This document shows positions 55,145 to 64,000 of a DNA stretch of 64,000 nt, piece after piece (within the stretch, counting starts at the first letter, position 1; every line of letters begins with the position of its first letter). This stretch comes from Octopus sinensis. Its lineage: Eukaryota. The notes beneath the pieces are model-generated. The model searched no databases. It was not told the DNA's origin and saw nothing but the letters and a program-made list of their open reading frames with translations. Where the stretch lies: contig NW_021832409.1 in the NCBI RefSeq assembly GCF_006345805.1, positions 35,750-99,749 on the forward strand, read 5' to 3'. The position numbers and the translations under genes are program-made.

Positions 55145-55875
55145 ATAAAATACACAGATAAATAAACAAATAGAAATAAATAACTATTTTTTTTTAATTT
55201 AAAAGATTTATTTATTTATTATTATCATTACTAGTATTGTTGTCATACATACATACATACATGCAAGCATATGTAATAATAATAATAAGTGGATGTAAAC
55301 ACATGAACAAAATAAGAATAAACAAAAAAACAACAACAACAAAACAAATTACATGAAAGTATATAAACAGAAGATACAAATATTACAGGCATCCCCCCCA
55401 CACACACAATAAATAAACATAGACGCACATAGAGATATAAGCATGCGCAAATGAAGACATACAATAGAAATACAAAATGGCTGACGGTTAGTAAGGAGAG
55501 ACACAAATAGGAAAGAAGGAAATGAAGGACCACTGATGCGGTCTCAGGAGTGTGACGAAAGAACTCTGGCCGTAATAAGATTAAGATTAATGTAAAAAAT
55601 AAATAACACTGAAGCAAAATAACACCAAATATATAGTGCGTGTGTTTTTATTGGCTAAACTGGCAAAATGACCATTCCGAAATATAACAATATCTGTTTC
55701 AACATACGACTTCACATAAAAAATCTTGCACAACAAATATATAGACTTGTTTTATTTATATTTCCTGAGCGCCATACTAATACAATTGTTTGTTTGTATT
55801 CCACCTGCCTTCGTCTTTTGTTTATTTCCGTAAACCTGCCTTCGTCTTTTGTCTATTTTCATAAAGCTTCCCGTT

Positions 55876-55959
<84 letters not shown>

Positions 55960-56699
55960 CACATATACATACATACACACACATATATATATACATACAC
56001 GTGAATTCGCATGGCCTAATGCATGTGCGTTTTGCATTCGAGATCGTGTGGCCGTGGTTTCGATTCCCAAACCGGCTGCACTCAGTGCGCTTGAGCAAAA
56101 CGCATCATTTCATGTTGCTTCACTCTCCTCAGATAAAAGTGGGTAGCGCTGCGAGGTCAAAAATTACATTTACTCACCTAGACCGTGGGCTAGCATCATA
56201 AAGCTAAAACGAAACAGAGCACATGGTGACCATCGTTGAATAACAACATCCGATCGTCTGTTCGATCACGTGATCATGTAATACACACAGAGATACACAC
56301 ACGCACACACGTACACACATACATATAGAAGTTAAACGTCGACTGTCCGGAACCATTGCTTCCATAGTCATTCGCGTTATTGATTTTTCCAAAGCAGCGG
56401 TGGTCACCTCTAAAATAAACAAAGATTAAATTTACTTAAATAATTAAACGGAATGCAGGTGCGTGTACTTTAGTATGTATGATACAAATTTATCAATACC
56501 GTACTGTACAAGGTGCTAATATATTGGTCTGGCGGCGGGGGAGATCTGAAATTCTTGTTCGTAAATTAGTGCGGATCATCAGTGATTTCGGATCATCCAG
56601 TGCCCGGAGATCGGGTGGTGTAGCTGTATCATTCCCATAATCACATATATCATTACCTATTCTACTATAAATAGTTTCAAAACTACAATTAATATGAAC

Positions 56700-57745
56700 C
56701 ATATCAATGATACCACTTTCACCGCCACCACTTCCACTACCACCGCCGCCACCACCACCACCTACACCACCACCACCATCACCACCACCACCATCACCAC
56801 CGCCGCTACCAACATCATCACCACCAATACTATCGCATCAACATGACTACTACTACTACTACTACCCACTACTAATACTACTACTATTACTACTACTATT
56901 ATTAGTGCTACTACTACTACTGCTACTACTACTACTACTAGAATTTAGTCGCTGTGACCACCACCATAGCAACCACCACCACCATCACAACCACCACTAC
57001 CACTAGCAGCATTCATCAGTGTCACAATAACGGCAACTTTCGGTAATACCACCAGCACCAACACATACTTTGGCCTCTACCATAACCAACAGCCCTACGA
57101 AAACCGCAACTAATACTCCTAGCCAAACAAATCACCGCCACAATAACCACTGCATCCATTTGCAGTACTACCCCTATAACTGGTACATCAACCACCGTAA
57201 ATACCACTGCGAGCACACAGCACCACCACCCCAGTATATAGCGACACCTATACAGCTACCGCTAACACGATCAACACCACAATAGTTAACATCACCGACA
57301 ATACCACCACCATCACTACCACTACCATCACCATCACCACCACCTTTATTTCTATTACTTTTACCAGGACCACAGCCACCACTATCACCACCACTAGCAC
57401 TACTATCACTTTCACCACAGCATACCAACAGTACCACCACCAACACCACTACTACAGTTACTGCCACCAGCATCACTAGTACAACCATCACCCCGACGAA
57501 CACTACCTGCACCGCTTCTACTGCCATCAACACCACCACTACCACGATCACCACTACCAACACCACAACCACAACTACCACCAGTACTACCATCCCCACT
57601 ACCACTAAAACGATCACCTCCATCACCATATGTTCTACGTTCACCACAACAGATCGTCACTACCACCACCACCCGCCACCACCGCCACCAACACCATACC
57701 ATTCGCCGCCACTACAACCACCACCACCGCAACCACCGTCACCGT
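56700..57745. repeat. Degenerate (ACC/ACT)n low-complexity tract
   Basis: Direct reading. Confidence 0.8.
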
Positions 57746-57961
57746 TATACACCAGCGTTTGGTTTCTTTTCTACATTATTTATGAAGCAGCCATTGTTAC
57801 CAGAGATTTCAAACCAACTCGATTCCGGATCACAAAAGGAACCGAGTTTCTCTTTGAACTTTCGTGAAAAGCCAATTTTACAGATGGTCTCACTAAGGAA
57901 ATGCTTTATGCAATGATGATAATGCAAAAGTTAGGCTTCTGCCCGCTACGTGAGTGTTTCT

Positions 57962-57996
<35 letters not shown>

Positions 57997-58240
57997 TATA
58001 TAGACACACACATATATATATATATGTGTGTGTGTGTGTGTATATACACACAGATACACAAATATATGTATATGTATTTATGCATAAACATACATATATG
58101 TATATTTATGTATATTTGGGTGTATATATATGTATATATATATACATACATATATATACATGCACAAATATATGTATATGTATTTATGCATAAACTTATA
58201 CATATATGTATGTTTATGTATATCTGTGTATATGAATATA

Positions 58241-58284
<44 letters not shown>

Positions 58285-58637
58285 ATATATATGCATGTAA
58301 ATAGATATGTATGTATATGTAAACATAATCACACACATAGACGCAAATATATTTATGTATGTGTTTTTGCATTAATGTTGATTAAATAAGAACCAGCAAT
58401 TGTGTAGACAAATGAAAACCAGTTTTCAATGACATTAACCACCAAACGCACCGTACATGGACGCACAGTCATACATGCGTGAGATCGTACATGCGCGCAC
58501 ACAAACACACCCAACCACACAAATGAATTCAACAGTCATACAAAACATTTCCGCTACAACTCCGAGAATACCTAAAGGTGATACATCAATATACGCGCGC
58601 GCGCGCAGTGTTCGTGCGAGTGTGTGCGTGTGTATGA

Positions 58638-58669
<32 letters not shown>

Positions 58670-58965
58670 GCATCTATATATATCTATATATATATACTTG
58701 CGTATATATATATGTATATATCTATGTATGCATATATATATGTGGGTATATATATATGTATATATATATGTGTATATATTTACATATCTGTATGTACAAG
58801 TATGTATGTATTTATATAATGACACGCACACACACCACACACTCACATATACACATACATGTATATATATACACACACACACACATGTATGTGTATATAT
58901 ATATATATATATATATAAATATAAATATATATATACATATATATATATATATATTATATATATAT

Positions 58966-58996
<31 letters not shown>

Positions 58997-59839
58997 TATA
59001 TATCTATATATATATATACACATATATATATACATATATATATACATATATATATATATACATACGCTCATATAATTTCGCGCGCAAGGAGTGGATGTTG
59101 TATAAAAGATAAAGCAACATCCCTGACATTCTTAATTTGTGTGATTCAGGAACTGGGATATTCCGACTAAATATTTTGCAGTATTTTTCCGACTGTACAC
59201 TCGACAGATCAAATCCTGCCGAAGTCGAGTTTAAGTTTGATACCACACCGGTCGTTAAAATCAAGTACCTTTTCAGTATCTAGTGGACGATGTAATCGAA
59301 TAACACCATTCCTTTCAAAATGTTTTCCCTTGTGTCTAAATAGCAAAAAATAGCTCCGTGAACTGGGAGACCGTTATTGATATGGAGAAAACACTTTGCT
59401 CTGTTTGAATCGTCTCTCTACTTTCTGAGTTCGAATTCCGTCGAAGTCACTTTTACCTTTCATTCTACTGGTATCAGTCAAGTATTAGCATCGGGATAGC
59501 CGTCTTTAAACCAAACTTGAAATTATTATGATAGTAAATAAAATATTCTATCGGTACTTTTTGCCAGGCTTTACGTTACGGGGACATCATCAAACTAACA
59601 CTGGTTCCATTTAAGTATTGGTATTGGTGATGGCGACTAAACCCTCGCCTTACATAGCTGGCCTTTTGCTAAATTTTATATCAAGATGGTAACCTCACAG
59701 TCTCGTTAACGCGTCGGACAAAATGTTTATCAGCATTGCTTCCGGTTCTTAGCATTCTCGATTCAAAAACCGCCGAAATCACTTTCAGCTTTTCATCCTA
59801 ATACGGTCGATAAAGTGAAGTACTTGTCAGGAATTCTTT

Positions 59840-60236
59840 TCTTATTTCTTTACTGCCCACAAGGGGTTACACACAGAGGGGGACAAATAAGGACAGACAA
59901 ACGGATTAAGTCGATTATATCGACCCCAGTGCGACTCCCGAAAGGATGAAAGGCAAAGTCAAACTCGGCGGAATTTGAACTGAGAACGTAGGGGCAGACG
60001 AAATACCAATTTCTTTACTACCCACAAGGGGCTACACACAAAGGGGACAAACAAGGACAGACAAACGGCTTAAGTTGATTATTTCGACCCCAGTGTGTAA
60101 CTGGTACTTATTTAATCGACCCCGAAAGGATGAAAGGCAAAGTTGACCTCGGTGGAATTTGAACTCAGAACGTAGCGGCAGACGAAATACGCTAAGCATT
60201 TCGCCCGGCGTGCTAACGTTTCTGCCAGCTCGCCGC
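59840..60236 (-). mobile_element. Dimeric Meta-like SINE, reverse orientation
   Basis: Two units joined at cagacgaaataccaatttctttactacccac, the reverse complement of the 42770-42800 junction type. Confidence 0.8.
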
Positions 60237-61253
60237 TCTAGGCACAAGGCCCTCCCCAACATTTCAGGCTTTGTGCCTATAATATTATTAAGGCGACGAG
60301 ATGGTAGACTCGGTAGAGCGTCGAAACATTTTTATTTATTTATTTATTTTTTTTTTTTTTGCGGTCTTTACTCCGACACTTTACATTCTGAGTTCAGATC
60401 TTGCCTGGGTCATTTCTCGCATTTTATCCTACCAGTGTTGATAAAATAATCGAGCTATCAAATCAAATCGAGAGATTGATAATGTCGAACAACCCCTGAT
60501 CCGCTCCTTCAACCACATCCCCACTTGCACGCATACTTCTATCAAACTGCTAGTCTCATGATAATAGTAGTCACCATTTCTGAGTTTATTATCATTAATT
60601 TTTATGCCGGCTACTTTTTGGTTAATCATGGTCGCCATACTTACTTTGAATTCATTAATCATATGATAAATCGGAAATATTTTAATCTTATAAATCGACT
60701 CCAGAAGACACGTATTCATAGATTTATAGTAAATCTAATACAAATAAGTCTATATGTTTAAATTAAACGATTTTCAAAGCATGTAAACGTATCAATTATG
60801 TATTGGATACTGATCATCAAAAGATACAGATTGTACCAAGTCTTTTCTTAATTATTATCTTTTTATTTCGTTTTATATCATGTTATTTTATTATTTTTTA
60901 TATTATGTTATTTTTTTTATTTATTTTTTCTTGTGAATGTTACTCAGGCTGAAATGTAAAGGTTAGACGTTCTAATAGCAGAAGTTCAGAAAATGAAATA
61001 TAAATATTAAAATTAAAGAGCGAATAAAAAACTACAAACAAGATAAATAATTTGTCTAACGCAAAATACTAATTAAGATTACGACAGTAAAATGTGTCTG
61101 TATATGCGTGCGTTTATATGCGAATATATGTATACGTGTGTGTATGTATACATCCATATATACATACGTACATACATACATATGCACACACACACATACA
61201 CACACATACATATATATATATATAATTGCGTAGGTATGTGTGAATATGAGGGA

Positions 61254-61327
<74 letters not shown>

Positions 61328-62390
61328 TGTGGGGGGAGAATGGGAATGAGAGAGAAAAGATTAAAAATACTATATACTAAAATTATTTTTAAATTTCCCA
61401 AACAAAAAAGGAAAAAAAAACACACACAAAGCAGAGACAAAAAATAATAAAAACAAAGAAATACCAACCACACATTGCCACTACTTCAAATTCGTGTCAC
61501 TTTGAAAGTAGCCAATTATAATATTGATGAGGAAGATTTTAGAATAATTAATCAACCTGAAGCAATTAATTCAAATAATTAGTGATTAAGTTTCAGATGG
61601 ACGGGAAAAACTTCAGCATACATTTAAAAGTTATAAAACAATTAAATAAATATATGTTTAATAAATAAATAAATAATTGTATAAATATATAAATGGTATT
61701 ACCTTATTTGGAAGGTGGAGTGTGGGATTTAAATCTATACACTGAGAAAAGACTGAAGTCTAGATTTATTTAGAATCATGCCACAGCACGCACTCTCTCT
61801 TTTAACACACACACATATATATATATATATTATATATTATATATATATATATATATAAACACACACAGATACATACACACACACACGAGGGTGTGTATAT
61901 ATGTCTCTCTGTGGGTTTCAATGTAAAAGTTTAGGGCGTACATGGTGTATATAGAAGTATACACATGTATATACATCGCAATAATTTCTATGTAATGGCG
62001 ATGTTTTGGCTTTTTTTTTTTAGATATTTTCAAATGTATTTTTCGTTTTCTTTCTATCATTTGATTAAATAGCCTCAATTTGGTTTCATAATCTCTTTCT
62101 CATTTCGATCTCTTTTAAAGTTCTACATCTGTCTGTTGGTCTTTCTGTCTGCGTGTCTGCTGCTCTGTTTTTCTTTCCCTCTTCGACTCCCACCTCTCTC
62201 TCACTCTCTCTCTAATTCTCTCTCTCTCTCTCTCACTCCCTCTCGCTTTCTCTCTCTCTCTCTCTCTCTCTCAACATATTTGTTGTCTGCATGTATAGAG
62301 ACATTCAAACGCACATTTGAAGATGATGATGATGAACATCATCATCATGGTCATAACGATGATAGTAATCATGATCATGGTGTATCTTTA

Positions 62391-62449
<59 letters not shown>

Positions 62450-62657
62450 GGATATAAAGATACCCCACGGTTGTGTATGTGGGAGTGTTTGTGTAAACAT
62501 AAATATGCATCTATCTAACTATCTATATCTATCTATCTATTTATCTATCTATCTATTTATCTATCTATCTGTCTATCTATCTATCTATCTATCTAACTAT
62601 CTATCTATCTATCTATGTATCTATCTATCTATCTATCTATCTATTTGTCTATCTATC

Positions 62658-63272
62658 TGTGGCTATGGCGAAAGAATGTATCTGGTGGACGCGTCTGAAA
62701 GGATTGGAGACAAGCACTTTCCTCTCTAGTCAACCTCTCATCAAATTCTTCAAGTACCACTTGAAAAGGAAAGTGAGAGTAGAGAGGCAAGTTTTGTCTA
62801 GCGAACGTTTTAAAAAAAGATGGGTGAATGTAGCAAGGATGGCACGTATGAATGACAAAGCCACCTTGAGCATAATCCTATGAACCCAGAAATTGAAAAC
62901 AGAGGGTTATGACTTGCAAACATATGTGGTAACATATAACAATATTGACCAAGGTTAACGTGGTCTTTTTCGTAGGCTTTTCTTCCCACGGATAAACCTT
63001 ACTTGCTTTCCCCTTTACACCATACATCATGACACTGTGATACACGATCCCTATTGATCGTCTTTTTCCTCTTTTTTCTTCTTTTTTCATTTTTCTTTTC
63101 CTTTGTTTCGTTTCCCTTTTCTTCTTTTCTTTTTTTTTTATTTTGTTCTTTTTTTTTGTACGATCCCTTTTGATCGAAAACCTACGCCACCTTTTTTTTT
63201 CTCCCCCAAAAGAAAAGCTCTACCTTGTAACTTGTCCCATCTGTGTGCAGCCCTGTGTGGCCAATAAATAAA
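62658..63272 (+). mobile_element. 5'-truncated L1/Tx1-like LINE inserted in (TATC)n
   Basis: [72 protein letters not shown], then a 3' UTR ending ccaataaataaa; TATC repeats on both sides. Confidence 0.75.
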
Positions 63273-63280
63273 ATTATCTA

Positions 63281-63327
<47 letters not shown>

Positions 63328-64000
63328 ATACACATACGCATACATATGTATGTACTCATCTGTGTGCGACTTTATATTTGTGTTTGTCCTCCCACCATCA
63401 CTTGACAACTGATGGTGGTGTGTTTACGTCCCCGTAACTTAGCAGTTCGGCACAAGACCCCGATGGAATAAGTACTATACTTACAAACAATAAGTCGTGT
63501 AGTCGATTTCTTCGATCTAAAAATCAATTTAAGGCGGTGCCCAGCTTGGCCGCATCATTTGATTGAAACAATAAATAGAATAAAATTATGCACATATTAC
63601 ATACATACATATATATATATATATAATATATATATATATATATAATATATATAATATATACATATATATACTCGTATGTATTGTATGTGTGTTGTGTTAT
63701 GTATATATATATGTATATGTATGTGTATATATATATATGTATAAATATATATATATATATATAATATATATATATTACACAAACACACACATATATGCAT
63801 ACACATGTATAAAATTATTTCCTGATATTTGAAAAATTTCGGGATATACAAAAATAAATTAATTAAGGTGATTAATTATATATAAAATATCTTTGAGAAT
63901 GCAGATTAACAAAGACATTCTTAATGTGTATTTAAATTATGTTTGCATAATTAATAAAATTAATTAAAAAATTTTCTTTTCAATATATACTAATATGCAT

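Noticed and set aside
56560-56630. Possible pogo/Tigger-like terminal repeat (tacagctacaccacccgatctccggg on minus)
   Set aside because: No partner TIR or transposase was found nearby.
60630-60660. Perfect GTAAGT donor on the minus strand within ORF 60429-60719
   Set aside because: The 6-mer is expected many times by chance, and there is no convincing upstream acceptor or recognisable peptide.

Overview
This is AT-rich, repeat-saturated animal genomic DNA (intergenic or one very large intron). The repeat families and microsatellite load look like a coleoid cephalopod, probably Octopus; that is recall-based inference, not a database result. No host protein-coding gene, rRNA, tRNA gene or CRISPR array can be supported, and nearly all ORFs in the track are microsatellite translation artefacts (IYIY, LSIY, poly-I/D/T). 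The real coding signal comes from transposons: (1) a near full-length but frameshifted R4/Dong-type non-LTR retrotransposon (47655-51405, minus) plus four 3' fragments, all in TAA-type microsatellite arrays; (2) a stop-free Penelope-like GIY-YIG endonuclease ORF (34349-34981); (3) five 3' ends of an L1/Tx1-like element tied to (GATA)n; (4) an internally deleted mariner with both TIRs; (5) Tc1/mariner and RTE relics; and (6) many tRNA-derived SINEs. The most interesting observation is a ~507-bp tandem unit (A-B-A, 53321-54138) carrying two almost identical type I hammerhead ribozyme folds on the minus strand, consistent with a Penelope pLTR-derived or retrozyme-like element. Also notable are an unexplained four-way RNA-like fold (34041-34157), four long fold-back inverted repeats, and several weak minus-strand exon candidates.
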